A stretch of DNA of 44,002 nucleotides from a virus. Taxonomy: Duplodnaviria > Caudoviricetes. Of this stretch, positions 10,097-19,365 are shown piece by piece. The translations under genes and the position numbers were made by a program. Where the stretch lies: the IMG/VR virus record IMGVR_UViG_3300038365_000077, positions 1 through 44,002 of that record, one strand, 5' to 3'. Numbering within the stretch: the stretch's first letter is position 1; each line of letters starts with the position of its first letter. The notes under the pieces were generated by a model. The model saw nothing but the letters and a program-made list of their open reading frames with translations, did no database searches and was not told where the DNA came from.

Positions 10097-10611
10097 TTGT
10101 ATTTAGCGTTAATCCGTGTAACATGTTTCGAAAAAATCTGATCCATCGAGCCAAAAACCTGTCTCTCCGACATCTCCTTCCCCTTTACGAAGAACTTCGA
10201 GGCGTCGATCCGGCCACGGAATCCACCTTTTCCCGCTCTGATCTTATAGACCCTTGCACCCTTCCAGTACTTTCCCGTTACCCTATGCCCTTTCGTGGTC
10301 CTGTCTTTCGTGCCTAATTCAAAAAATTTAAGCCGGAAGTCGCCCATTATGTGAACCTTTGCTTCTTTTGCGTTTTTTGCGACCTTGTATCTCACACCGG
10401 ATTCCATCGTTTTGCCGGTTGTCCTGCCCTTACTTCCCGAGCGTAGGGTTCCCCTTTTCGTCCTCACTCCACGGAGCTGTTTTCTCGTTTCACGTACCAA
10501 AATCCGTGAGGCTTCGCCCAGCCCGCTGCGAAATACAAGCCTGCGGTGCTTCTCGTCGAATTCGGAGAACATCGCCAGTACCTTCGTTGCGTCAACCTGT
10601 ACGTTACTCAT
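10093..10611 (-). CDS. HK97 gp10-like neck protein
   Basis: Basic protein with KFFELGT motif; synteny. Confidence 0.7.
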   Translation of the reverse strand: MSNVQVDATKVLAMFSEFDEKHRRLVFRSGLGEASRILVRETRKQLRGVRTKRGTLRSGSKGRTTGKTMESGVRYKVAKNAKEAKVHIMGDFRLKFFELGTKDRTTKGHRVTGKYWKGARVYKIRAGKGGFRGRIDASKFFVKGKEMSERQVFGSMDQIFSKHVTRINAKYK

Positions 10612-10924
10612 TGATTTTTCGTGTTTTAAGCGTTATTAACTGCTTGTCGGGGTTCGGTAGCACCGCTTCGATCTTATACTTGCCGCCGGCGAATAACACC
10701 CGCATCGTATCGTTTACATCGTGATACTGCCGGATGAAGAAGTCGATCCGGTACTCCGTGAATGCCTCCCGGTTCTCCAACAGTGCGACGCCATCCTTGT
10801 ACGTAGCGTCCGCGTTTGTAGTAATCACGGTAGTCCAGGCCTTCACCCGTTCGCCGAATTCGTTTCTGACTTCGGTGTACGCCTGAATTTCAATCCTGTG
10901 TTTCCGTAATCCTCCCGCTCTCAT
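10604..10924 (-). CDS. Head closure protein / head-tail adaptor
   Basis: MRAGGLRKHRIEIQ...NEFGE motif. Confidence 0.8.
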   Translation of the reverse strand: MRAGGLRKHRIEIQAYTEVRNEFGERVKAWTTVITTNADATYKDGVALLENREAFTEYRIDFFIRQYHDVNDTMRVLFAGGKYKIEAVLPNPDKQLITLKTRKINE

Positions 10925-11232
10925 CGTTCGTAATTTCTAAGCAGCGACATCAGTCTGTCCGACGCCTGCCGCATCCTTGCGGATTCGCTGTTCTGTATCT
11001 CGTCCTCCCTGTTCTTGTAGTAGGAACCGATAAGAAGGAGCATCGCCCGCCTCAGCGGTCGGGGCAATGCCCCCTTCTCGGTCACTATCTCACTGATGGG
11101 CACGCATATCTCGCTCTCGACGATCTCCTCCACGTCGAGGATCAGATCCTCGATGTACTGGTCGTCGCCGGTGTAGGCAGCATCTACGACGAGATGTTCC
11201 TTAGCTTCCGATAGAGTGATATATGCGCCCAT
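10921..11232 (-). CDS. Head-tail connector (HK97 gp6-like)
   Basis: ITLSEAKEHL...AMLLLIGSYYKNRE. Confidence 0.85.
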   Translation of the reverse strand: MGAYITLSEAKEHLVVDAAYTGDDQYIEDLILDVEEIVESEICVPISEIVTEKGALPRPLRRAMLLLIGSYYKNREDEIQNSESARMRQASDRLMSLLRNYER

Positions 11233-11245
11233 AGTTTTCAGGTCA

Positions 11246-12499
11246 TTAAGTTGTAGGAATGAAGCTTCCCAGGCTGAACGAGTACTTCGTGAAGGACTCG
11301 GTTCTGATCGCGCCCATATCCCAGTACGAATTCACGGTTAGCCGCACCATACCGGTCGTTGCAAGTGTATAGGGATCAACTGTTATGTCCATTCCACCCC
11401 ACTGCCCAAGGAAGTAGTGCGCCCAGTTACCGAATACGATACCGTACTCGTCTTCAGTCACCGCCAATTCGGTCGGAATGTTGTTCGTGCGGAAAGCATT
11501 GTAACCATTCAGGTAGCCCTTACCACCATCCCCGATGATGAATCCGCCCGCGCCGGAGGCGTCTTTCACCTTCACCTTGGCGGCTCCGACCAATGCCGGG
11601 TGCATGATATAGGCCAGATTGCCGAACTGCGCGTTCTTCAGGTCGGCAGCTGTTTCCATTGCCACTACGTTCGCCCAGGAGATATCCCCCATGGAAGTGT
11701 AAGTCTGGAACATGCCGTCAGGCACACCGTCGGCGTGAACCGCTTTTCCGAATGCCGTTTCTTCGATCTTCTGCGCGATAGCTTCGGCCAGCAGCTGGCG
11801 CACAAGCAACTCGACGGAGCGGTTCTCCTGCACGAGTAACTGCTTCGAGATATCCACGTAAGCTGTCAGACGTTTCGGTGTAAATGCCGTACCCTTCGAG
11901 ATCGAAGGAGCTCCGTCCTTTGCAGCCACGTTCTCTCCCTCCCAAGTAACACTCGCGGCAGTGGTCTTCGGCCAGTAGAGGTTCCCCACCAGACCGGTCA
12001 TTATTCGCGCGCCTGCCGAGGCGAGTACCAGGTTATTCCCGAGAGGAAGCAGCATCTCCATCTGATCCTCGTCGATCAGCACGCCAGTAGCGGCTTCGGT
12101 TCCGGCAGTGAGGGCAGCACGTACCTCGAAAGGCACGATCAGGTTTCCGGTCCCTTCCGCAGATACGGACCGATGAGCTTCAGCGGCCTCCGCTATCACG
12201 GCTGCCTCGGAATCTCTCTGCGCTACACCCTTCATCTGCGCCACGATCGCACGCCTCAGGGAAAACTTCTCTTGCGTGGACGGGGTGTATGTCTTGCCTC
12301 GACCTCGATTTTCTTCCTCGTGCGCGAGGATGTCGGTACTTAACTCGGCAATACGAACGTTAAGTTCGTTATGCTCTTTCATTTCTTCATCGTTCAGCGT
12401 GCGCTTTTCCGCCTTCGCCTTCTCGGTGATCTCTTTCGCGCGTTTAACGGCTTCTGCCTTGTCGGCGCGTAATTCGGCTAATGATTTTTCTTTTGCCAT
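11246..12499 (-). CDS. Major capsid protein, HK97 family
   Basis: 417 aa with N-terminal coiled-coil delta domain, WEGE and VFGNW motifs; after protease. Confidence 0.9.
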   Translation of the reverse strand: MAKEKSLAELRADKAEAVKRAKEITEKAKAEKRTLNDEEMKEHNELNVRIAELSTDILAHEEENRGRGKTYTPSTQEKFSLRRAIVAQMKGVAQRDSEAAVIAEAAEAHRSVSAEGTGNLIVPFEVRAALTAGTEAATGVLIDEDQMEMLLPLGNNLVLASAGARIMTGLVGNLYWPKTTAASVTWEGENVAAKDGAPSISKGTAFTPKRLTAYVDISKQLLVQENRSVELLVRQLLAEAIAQKIEETAFGKAVHADGVPDGMFQTYTSMGDISWANVVAMETAADLKNAQFGNLAYIMHPALVGAAKVKVKDASGAGGFIIGDGGKGYLNGYNAFRTNNIPTELAVTEDEYGIVFGNWAHYFLGQWGGMDITVDPYTLATTGMVRLTVNSYWDMGAIRTESFTKYSFSLGSFIPTT

Positions 12500-12500
12500 T

Positions 12501-13082
12501 TTAATTCAAAAATTTATTTAGGTTAGTATAATACGCGTCCAGCTCTCGCTCGCGCTGTTCTCTCAGTTCCTGTTCCAGTTGTTCCTTCCCCCGCATGTAC
12601 ACGGTAGTTCTGGAATATGCGGCATCATACACAGGTGATACGTCGTACAACTCGTCTATTTTTTTTATGGTCCTCTTCCAGGTCTCTCCCTTCTTCTCCC
12701 AGACGTCTTCCGCGACTGTGAAGGCGAAGGAGGACTCCGTTACCTCGCCTCGTTTCAGATATTCCAACAGCTCATCGCCAAGCGCCGTTCTGGGCGCGTC
12801 GAACCTGTATCGGAGTCCTTTCCCGTCGACGGTCAGCGACAACGTGCCCGCCCCCTTCTTGCTTCTTGCCAGGATGCCCCTTCGCTCGTCGTGATTCAGA
12901 AGGGCGAATACGTTACTTCTTTCGATCACACCATCCAGCGCCCTCGGCTCGATGATCTCCTCGATGTCCAGGCCGTCCGAAGGCACGTTGAAAAGCAGGG
13001 CATATCCCTCGACCTTTCGGCTCTCTTCGTCGACGGTCACTTCCGCCGCTATGTTTCTGATTTCTTTCTTATTCTGTTCCAT
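12501..13082 (-). CDS. HK97-family prohead protease
   Basis: EGYALLFN, LLNHD, SSFAF, LYDVSPVYDAAY. Confidence 0.92.
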   Translation of the reverse strand: MEQNKKEIRNIAAEVTVDEESRKVEGYALLFNVPSDGLDIEEIIEPRALDGVIERSNVFALLNHDERRGILARSKKGAGTLSLTVDGKGLRYRFDAPRTALGDELLEYLKRGEVTESSFAFTVAEDVWEKKGETWKRTIKKIDELYDVSPVYDAAYSRTTVYMRGKEQLEQELREQRERELDAYYTNLNKFLN

Positions 13083-14295
13083 CGTTAGTTATGTTTGTGC
13101 CGTCCGGATTGCCGGCGGCGGCTTTTTTTAAGGGTTGCACATTCACCTGAACGAATGTTTCATCTCCTCCTTCTACCCGGGAGAGGTTAACCTCGCGGCG
13201 GATCTCGTTCGGCTTTGCGGCGCCTATCTGGAACATCGTGTTCCAGTACGAAGCCTGCGATGCCTTGTCGGTTCTTAGCAGTACGGAGGTATTGAATTCA
13301 GCGATCATGTTTTTCCGTTCGGCGCGGAGAAATACCTTTCTGTTGAACTCCGTCTCGAACTTGGTCAAAACCGGCAACAGCGTGTCGTTCAAAAACTCCA
13401 ACTGTGTGGCCTCGATGGTTGCGTAGCTGGATTTAGTCAGGTCGAAAGCCTTCACTGGCGATACCGAGAAGAACCTGCATATGTCGATCACATTGAATTG
13501 CCTAGATTCGAGCAGTTGGGAGTCTTTCGGGGTCACCGAGATCGGTTGATATTTCTGATTGCCTTCCAGGATCACCACCCCATTAGGATTGCCCGTAACT
13601 GGATTCGTGCGCGACTCCCACTCCCTGTAATTCTGCGCCTTCTGTTCTTTCGTGAGTCTCGCGCCCTCAATGGTCAGCACTCCAGCCATGTTGGCGCCAG
13701 ATTTGAAAAATCCGGAGGCGTGGGCCTCACTGTCCGAAGCGATCTGCAATGTTTGTCTGGCATGAGTAAGCCTCGACACGCCGGTTATTCCATCATAACT
13801 GAAATCTGGAATGTGGATCATGTCCTGCGGGTCCACAAGCGCTGGCAGATCGTAATCGTCGAAGCCGGTAACCCGGTAACGCTTTCTCTTCTTCCCATCA
13901 ATCTTCAGAAATTCAATGCTTACATGGTTTGACGGGATATATATCAGCTGCTGCACCCGGTTGTTCTCCCTCTCTATGTATGCATAAGCATTCCCGCGGA
14001 GCAGCATTGACGCCGCCATGACCTTGAAAAACACGAAGCGGGTCATGTCCTCGTTAGGTTCGAGGTTCAGGATATCGAATATCTCCGTATCCCGCATCGG
14101 GGTCTTGAATCCATCCGCATCGATCCGGTATGTCTCGAGCGGAAGGACAGCGATCGAATCGGAAATCAGGTCAACGCAACGGTACACCGTGCTGAGCAGC
14201 ATCGGCGTACTGGTGCTCTCCAACCACGACGGGTAAAACGACGCAGTCGGCAGCACCTCGCGAACTTCTTTCTTCTTTCTCCTGAAAATTCCCAT
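13069..14295 (-). CDS. Portal protein, HK97 family
   Basis: VYRCVDLISDSIA, LLRGNAY, QLLESRQF, PNEIR. Confidence 0.93.
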   Translation of the reverse strand: MGIFRRKKKEVREVLPTASFYPSWLESTSTPMLLSTVYRCVDLISDSIAVLPLETYRIDADGFKTPMRDTEIFDILNLEPNEDMTRFVFFKVMAASMLLRGNAYAYIERENNRVQQLIYIPSNHVSIEFLKIDGKKRKRYRVTGFDDYDLPALVDPQDMIHIPDFSYDGITGVSRLTHARQTLQIASDSEAHASGFFKSGANMAGVLTIEGARLTKEQKAQNYREWESRTNPVTGNPNGVVILEGNQKYQPISVTPKDSQLLESRQFNVIDICRFFSVSPVKAFDLTKSSYATIEATQLEFLNDTLLPVLTKFETEFNRKVFLRAERKNMIAEFNTSVLLRTDKASQASYWNTMFQIGAAKPNEIRREVNLSRVEGGDETFVQVNVQPLKKAAAGNPDGTNITNDGTE

Positions 14296-14304
14296 CCAGT
14301 GGCC

Positions 14305-14340
14305 TTTTTATTACTAACCACAAAAAGCGATATCACTTTT
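14305..14340 (-). promoter_or_regulatory. Late-promoter-like motif, copy 1 (upstream of portal)
   Basis: 35/36 identical to 18406-18441. Confidence 0.65.
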
Positions 14341-14353
14341 CGTGTCCGGGCAT

Positions 14354-14378
14354 AAAAAAAGCCTGCATCTTTGCAGGC
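14354..14378 (-). terminator. Rho-independent terminator after the glycosyltransferases
   Basis: GCCTGCA-AAGA-TGCAGGC stem followed by T7 on the minus strand. Confidence 0.8.
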
Positions 14379-14399
14379 CTTAATATAATTTAACAAAAT

Positions 14400-14936
14400 T
14401 TAAAATAAGTGTTGTATATATCTGCGCGGATCCGGGTGCCCTAACCGGTAGTCGTGGAACACGTACACCCCCTGCATGACGCCGAGTCTACCCCCATCCA
14501 TTCTTACTTTGTCCGTGAACTCGGAATCGAACCGGATGGAATTGTCGGAAAACCGGTACTTCTCCCATGTTTTCTTTTTGAAAACCATCAGGAACCCCGC
14601 AATATTGATGTCCGTCTCAACAACATCCGTGTACCTCTCCCGTTGCAATCTCTCCGCAATGGCCTTGTGATATAACACGTCGGTGTTGTCGCAGAAATCC
14701 CCCGGTCGCTGGTGATGAGATGCGATCCGGTTCGTCAGGCATCCATACACCTGGAACTCATCGTCGTGCTCCGCGATCACATCGGTGATCTGCTTCTTCG
14801 AATCGGGAAGCAGGAACAAGACGTCCGAATCCGTCACGCATATCCAATCCTCGGGATCAGGCACCAGTGCACAATGGTCATTGTGCGACTTGCCGATGCG
14901 CTTCAACGGGTCGAATGGTGCGAAGTAGTAGATCAT
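14400..14936 (-). CDS. Glycosyltransferase (GT-A fold, single domain)
   Basis: WICVTDSDVLF DxD motif, IAGFLMVF, VYVFHDY; ATGA overlap supports start at 14936. Confidence 0.7.
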   Translation of the reverse strand: MIYYFAPFDPLKRIGKSHNDHCALVPDPEDWICVTDSDVLFLLPDSKKQITDVIAEHDDEFQVYGCLTNRIASHHQRPGDFCDNTDVLYHKAIAERLQRERYTDVVETDINIAGFLMVFKKKTWEKYRFSDNSIRFDSEFTDKVRMDGGRLGVMQGVYVFHDYRLGHPDPRRYIQHLF

Positions 14937-16399
14937 TTGTGTTTGAACCATGCCACGTTGTTTGCTTTTTCATCCTTGAAAACCGTATTAACCTGGGTGC
15001 CGTGTACGACGCGCCCTTCGAAATGTTTCCTTACGATATAGTTGAACAGCCCCATGTCACCATCACCGCACCCTGGTCTATCATTGTAGAACTTGGCCTC
15101 CGCGACCGAATTAAAGTAGAACAGCAGGAATCTGCCTATGAACTCGATCACCACGTCCACGCTTCCGCCACACAGCCCGGCATTAAGCAACACGTCGGTA
15201 TTGTCCTTCATGAACTCCTGCAACTCCCTGTTCGGGTGATGTTTTAACATCCACTCGCAGCCTACTATCTGTGGCTCATCTCCAACATAGAGGATGCCGT
15301 CTTTCATCGAATTGAAAGGATTCCGCAACATGACCACGTCCGATCCGTCCGTTATGAAGACCTTGTCGATATCGCTCCTGTGTTCAAGTAGGTACCGGTA
15401 ATAGCTCACCCATCGCTGAAAGTAGATGTTCCGGACATGCGTTTCAACCTTCACGTACTCGACATTGCCTTCTCGAGAAGGCCCGAGTGAATCCGAAACT
15501 ACAACTAGCTCCTGACCCTTCATCGAATCGATAAGGGCCTTAAGGATGTTCTTGTCCGCCGGCATCGGTGCATCGCGCTGCGGGTCGTCTATGCCTGAAA
15601 ACAGACAGGTCAGGATGACGTTTTTCTTCTCCATGAACGGGATGTACTCTCTCGAGTCCTTCCGCTCATCGTACAGTCGTGCATTTCTCTCGATCCATTT
15701 CCGCCTCTCGGCGCCAACAACGGTTGATCCCTCGTTGCTCGTGTGCTCGTCGCGCGAATAGATCAGATCATAACTGCCGGGAACGTCCATATACCTGAAC
15801 GAAGTCAGCCCGGCATTATAGATCCTGTCGGACAGGGACGGGTGCTCGTATCCCCACAGGCCGAACACGGGATCCATGCCGCCTACCCTGTCGAGGCATA
15901 TCCTCTTGTAGTAGCACATGCACCCGCGAACATGGGAGTAGGCTACGATAGAACTGTCCTGGTACAGAACCATCATGTCGTTAAGTTTTGCGGCCCCTTG
16001 TGCTTTGAATTCCGCGAAGATATAGTTCAGGTGAGGCTCCCGGCTCTCGACATAAGGCTTGTACCAGTCTGCGCACTTCGGATAGCAGTCGTCGTCGAAC
16101 AGAAAAAAATGTTCGCACCCTGCCTTGTATAGCAGTTCGAAGCACTTGTTCTTCGCCCTTGCGACACCTACATTCTGCTCATACCGGAAGGTAGCCTCCG
16201 GGCATGGACTCGTACTCGCATCATCCACAATCACCAGCACCGAGTTGGCCGGTGCAAATTTTCTTATCTCCGTGTAAGTCTTCCGGAATATCTCATGCCG
16301 GTTACGCGTCGTGATCGCAATACCGATCGGCGGGGAGCCGACAGCCGAGATCTCGTCCTTCAAGGCATCCAATTTTTGTTTAATCTGTTCTACATTCAT
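14933..16399 (-). CDS. Two-domain glycosyltransferase (GT2 plus second GT-A-like domain)
   Basis: IAITTRNR, IVDDAS, FLFDDDC, GLWGYEH; second domain VFITDGSDV...LNAGLCGG...DMGLFN. Confidence 0.85.
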   Translation of the reverse strand: MNVEQIKQKLDALKDEISAVGSPPIGIAITTRNRHEIFRKTYTEIRKFAPANSVLVIVDDASTSPCPEATFRYEQNVGVARAKNKCFELLYKAGCEHFFLFDDDCYPKCADWYKPYVESREPHLNYIFAEFKAQGAAKLNDMMVLYQDSSIVAYSHVRGCMCYYKRICLDRVGGMDPVFGLWGYEHPSLSDRIYNAGLTSFRYMDVPGSYDLIYSRDEHTSNEGSTVVGAERRKWIERNARLYDERKDSREYIPFMEKKNVILTCLFSGIDDPQRDAPMPADKNILKALIDSMKGQELVVVSDSLGPSREGNVEYVKVETHVRNIYFQRWVSYYRYLLEHRSDIDKVFITDGSDVVMLRNPFNSMKDGILYVGDEPQIVGCEWMLKHHPNRELQEFMKDNTDVLLNAGLCGGSVDVVIEFIGRFLLFYFNSVAEAKFYNDRPGCGDGDMGLFNYIVRKHFEGRVVHGTQVNTVFKDEKANNVAWFKHK

Positions 16400-16412
16400 G
16401 TGTTTTGTCGTT

Positions 16413-18020
16413 TTAAATCGTTGCCGAATATCGTGGATTGGACAGGTACGATCCAAGCGACTCGAGCATCGCGATCACCCCGTCGATCTTTTTTTCCTCG
16501 AATTTTTTGGAGGGCTTCACGTTTCCGTTGTTGTCACGGGCCATCACGACGTTGCGGAAACAGTGCCGTGTAATAATGTTGTTGTCGATAACCGCCCTGC
16601 CTGACAGGATTATGCGCTCCAGTTCCTTCGTGGGGCGGTTGAAGTTGCCCAGATTCTGCCCGTATGGCGCCATGTTTATACCCTTTTCTGTTGCATTTAT
16701 CACGAACTGCGTGGCATTCCACGGGTCATACGCGACGGAACTGAGGAATAGCAGATTATGCGCCTCCATCAGGTCGTTTAGGATGTAATCGTAGTCCGTC
16801 ACGTTGCCGGGCGTGAGGGTCAGCAGTCCGAGCCGGCGCCACTCCGAATAGGTTTCCCTGAACCGTTTTTCGGTCAGCGCGGCCTGCGGAAGGTAATATT
16901 TTGTCAGAAAATGAAACTTGTCGTCCTGAGGGATCATGTAGTTCACACAGGTAAGGTCCGATGTGGCGGAAAGGTCGATACCTGCGTAAGCCTCCGCATC
17001 CTTGAAGTCCTCCAGCCTGATATCCTTCGAAGCCTCGATGATGTAGCTGTCCGGGATCCACACTTCGGACGAGTCGCACCAGATGTTCAGGTTCTTCGTC
17101 TTCACGTTCACCTCGTCAGAGGGGGTGTTGATCGCCTTGCGTATCTCTTTCTGCAAATATTGAGGCCGAACGGTAACGTTAAGGTTCGGATTGCTTTTGA
17201 TCCATACCCTGGGATCCTTCCAGTCGTCGTCCTTATCCAGGGTGAACACCGCGCAGAAAAACGAATCGTCCTCTTTCAGATTGTGGAGAATATCGACCGC
17301 CGTGTCCCTCAACTCGTAGCAGGGACCCAGCTTGTCAAATCCGGCAGTCGTGATGATGATCGCGAGCGGGTTCTCCCGGTTGCCCTGCCCGGACTCGAGC
17401 ACGGCCTTTACGCTGTTGTTCTTTGCCGCATGGTACTCGTCCAGGATGAACATGTGCGGGTCGGGGCCATCCAGCTTTGTGGAGTCGGATGCCAGAACTT
17501 TCAGAAACGATTTTGTGGCGTCGAATTTCACGGTATCGCGGTAGACGGTTAGAAGTTTTCCCTTCGGATCCAGGCCGGTTGCGAAGTTGGAGCACAAAGG
17601 CCAGGCGGATATTTTCACCTGGTCGCGGGAGTTGGCCGCGAAATAGATCTCCGCGCCATCCTCTCCGTCGTTGATCAGACCATCCAATCCCATGCCCGCC
17701 GCGAGTGCCGTCTTTCCGTTCTTCCTCGCGATCTCGATGTACGCCGTCTGCGTGAGCCTGGTGCCGTCGTCGTTGAAAAATCCGTACACGCTTGCAACGA
17801 TCCACTGCTGCCACGGCTCCAGGAGAAAAGGCTTTCCGGAGTGCCGGGACTTGAAGTGCTTCAATATCGAATAGAACCGGATCTTGTCATCCACCACGTC
17901 CTCCCTGAATTCGTAGAGATCCATGAGGGAGAAGAACCGTTCGCAGGCAAGCCTTATCAGCTCGCATGCGACGATCTCCCCGGATATGACCTGCTGCGCG
18001 TACTGGACGTATTGTTTCAT
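16413..18020 (-). CDS. terL: Terminase large subunit
   Basis: LEPWQ, ARKNGKT Walker A, ILDEYH Walker B, GIDLS, KKIDG. Confidence 0.95.
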   Translation of the reverse strand: MKQYVQYAQQVISGEIVACELIRLACERFFSLMDLYEFREDVVDDKIRFYSILKHFKSRHSGKPFLLEPWQQWIVASVYGFFNDDGTRLTQTAYIEIARKNGKTALAAGMGLDGLINDGEDGAEIYFAANSRDQVKISAWPLCSNFATGLDPKGKLLTVYRDTVKFDATKSFLKVLASDSTKLDGPDPHMFILDEYHAAKNNSVKAVLESGQGNRENPLAIIITTAGFDKLGPCYELRDTAVDILHNLKEDDSFFCAVFTLDKDDDWKDPRVWIKSNPNLNVTVRPQYLQKEIRKAINTPSDEVNVKTKNLNIWCDSSEVWIPDSYIIEASKDIRLEDFKDAEAYAGIDLSATSDLTCVNYMIPQDDKFHFLTKYYLPQAALTEKRFRETYSEWRRLGLLTLTPGNVTDYDYILNDLMEAHNLLFLSSVAYDPWNATQFVINATEKGINMAPYGQNLGNFNRPTKELERIILSGRAVIDNNIITRHCFRNVVMARDNNGNVKPSKKFEEKKIDGVIAMLESLGSYLSNPRYSATI

Positions 18021-18400
18021 TTTTTCTTCGATGCCAAAAATTCCTCGAGTGCCGATTTTTGTTCGTCACTCCCGGTATCTTTCATCTTCGCCCGGGACTT
18101 GACGGTCAAGCCGTACTCTTTCATGATCGCCAGCACCTGGTTATAATTCTTCGAGGCGATGGTCTGCGCCGGGTTTGGCACGTCGTCACCAAGCCGGGAC
18201 CTGGTGACTGGTCCCTCATCAAGTAGTTTCTCTGTCGCCTGCAGATACATCTCGTACGAGGTCATCAGCATGTTCAGCGCGCCGGAGTCGAGGACGTCCA
18301 GTTTCTGTTTTGCCCGAAGTTCCCGGATGATGGCCTTCATGAATTTTGCCGTTTCCTCGCTTACGTTGCCCGGGATCGGAAATGTAAATCTCGTTGCCAT
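18017..18400 (-). CDS. terS: Terminase small subunit, P27 family
   Basis: NPA...EYGLTVKSRAKM motif; ATG start at 18400. Confidence 0.85.
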   Translation of the reverse strand: MATRFTFPIPGNVSEETAKFMKAIIRELRAKQKLDVLDSGALNMLMTSYEMYLQATEKLLDEGPVTRSRLGDDVPNPAQTIASKNYNQVLAIMKEYGLTVKSRAKMKDTGSDEQKSALEEFLASKKK

Positions 18401-18405
18401 ATGCT

Positions 18406-18441
18406 TTTTTATTACTAACCACAAAAACCGATATCACTTTT
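18406..18441 (-). promoter_or_regulatory. Late-promoter-like motif, copy 2 (upstream of terS)
   Basis: AAAAGTGATATCGSTTTTTGTGGTTAGTAATAAAAA duplicated. Confidence 0.65.
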
Positions 18442-18615
18442 TTGAAAATATCATTTTGATACTTTTTAACTAAAAAATGGATTTTTGAAAAAATGCCGTG
18501 CGTGTGAAGTCTGGTTTGTGGGGGTTTCAGAGCCTTAATCCTCTAAAATTTTACCCCATACCCCCACTGCCGAAAAATTTCACTATCATTTTGTCAATAC
18601 CGGTATGTCATTTTG
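18442..18615. other. Probable cos packaging region
   Basis: Non-coding gap between HNH and terS with G-runs and A/T tracts, as in HK97-like phages. Confidence 0.5.
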
Positions 18616-18927
18616 TTATTCTCTGCCACCTGCATGTTTCTTCGCGTGACACTCGTCACACAGGCTCATCAGAATGTCGAAGTCGAACGCGAGTCGAAGA
18701 CGTTCAAGGGGATCATCGGTCGACATGAACGATATGGTGTGATGCACATCGTCCGCCGGCGTGATCCTGCCCTGCTTCTCGCACTCCTCACATAGCGGAT
18801 TACATATCATCTTCCACGCCCTGAGAGCACGCCAGCGCTGCGAGTTGTAGATCTTCATCCTCTCGCGCCGCTGACGGTCGTGATCCCGGGAACTACTGTT
18901 CTTCTTCGGCTTGTATATTGTTGGCAT
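18616..18927 (-). CDS. HNH endonuclease (packaging-associated)
   Basis: PLCEEC, VHH, LMSLCDECHAKKH. Confidence 0.9.
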   Translation of the reverse strand: MPTIYKPKKNSSSRDHDRQRRERMKIYNSQRWRALRAWKMICNPLCEECEKQGRITPADDVHHTISFMSTDDPLERLRLAFDFDILMSLCDECHAKKHAGGRE

Positions 18928-19219
18928 GCCTGTTGTGTTTCTGTCTGCTGCGATGATCGTGTATGGTCTGGAACATTATCATCTGGAACCTCTCTCGGAC
19001 CCTGTCGATAACTTGCAAAGGTTCGCAGCCCTCCCGTACAACGCGCTCGATGGCGTCATGAAGGACATCCTCCGCATCCACGCCGCCATGGCATCTGGCA
19101 TCTTCGCACAGCTCCCCCCTGAGTGCATCATACTCCTTGCCAATCAACTCAAGTAACTCCCGGTCGGCAGGCTTCTCAAGTAGCATCCTGTTGCGCCGCG
19201 GCCTTGGATATTGTTTCAT
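18893..19219 (-). CDS. Sigma-70 region 2-like protein, putative late activator
   Basis: DAEDVLHDAIERV resembles the ECF sigma DAEDxxQ motif; no region 4. Confidence 0.5.
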   Translation of the reverse strand: MKQYPRPRRNRMLLEKPADRELLELIGKEYDALRGELCEDARCHGGVDAEDVLHDAIERVVREGCEPLQVIDRVRERFQMIMFQTIHDHRSRQKHNRHANNIQAEEEQ

Positions 19220-19358
19220 CGCAGATCTGTGTTATTGAATTTCGCAGCAATATCCTGATAACTGCCGACTGGCTGATGCCCATCATCTCCGCCAGCTCCC
19301 TTATCCGCATGTCGTCCGATACGCTGATCCTGATTAGTCTGTTTATCCGTCTTCCCAT
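19176..19358 (-). CDS. Ribbon-helix-helix DNA-binding protein
   Basis: IRIS...IRELAEMMGISQSAVIRILL. Confidence 0.7.
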   Translation of the reverse strand: MGRRINRLIRISVSDDMRIRELAEMMGISQSAVIRILLRNSITQICDETISKAAAQQDAT

Positions 19359-19365
19359 TCTATCA

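Noticed and set aside
16399-16456. ORF-track N-terminal extensions (GT2, PolA, DUF2800, terS, lmuC)
   Set aside because: Downstream ATGs fit coupling overlaps and conserved N-termini better
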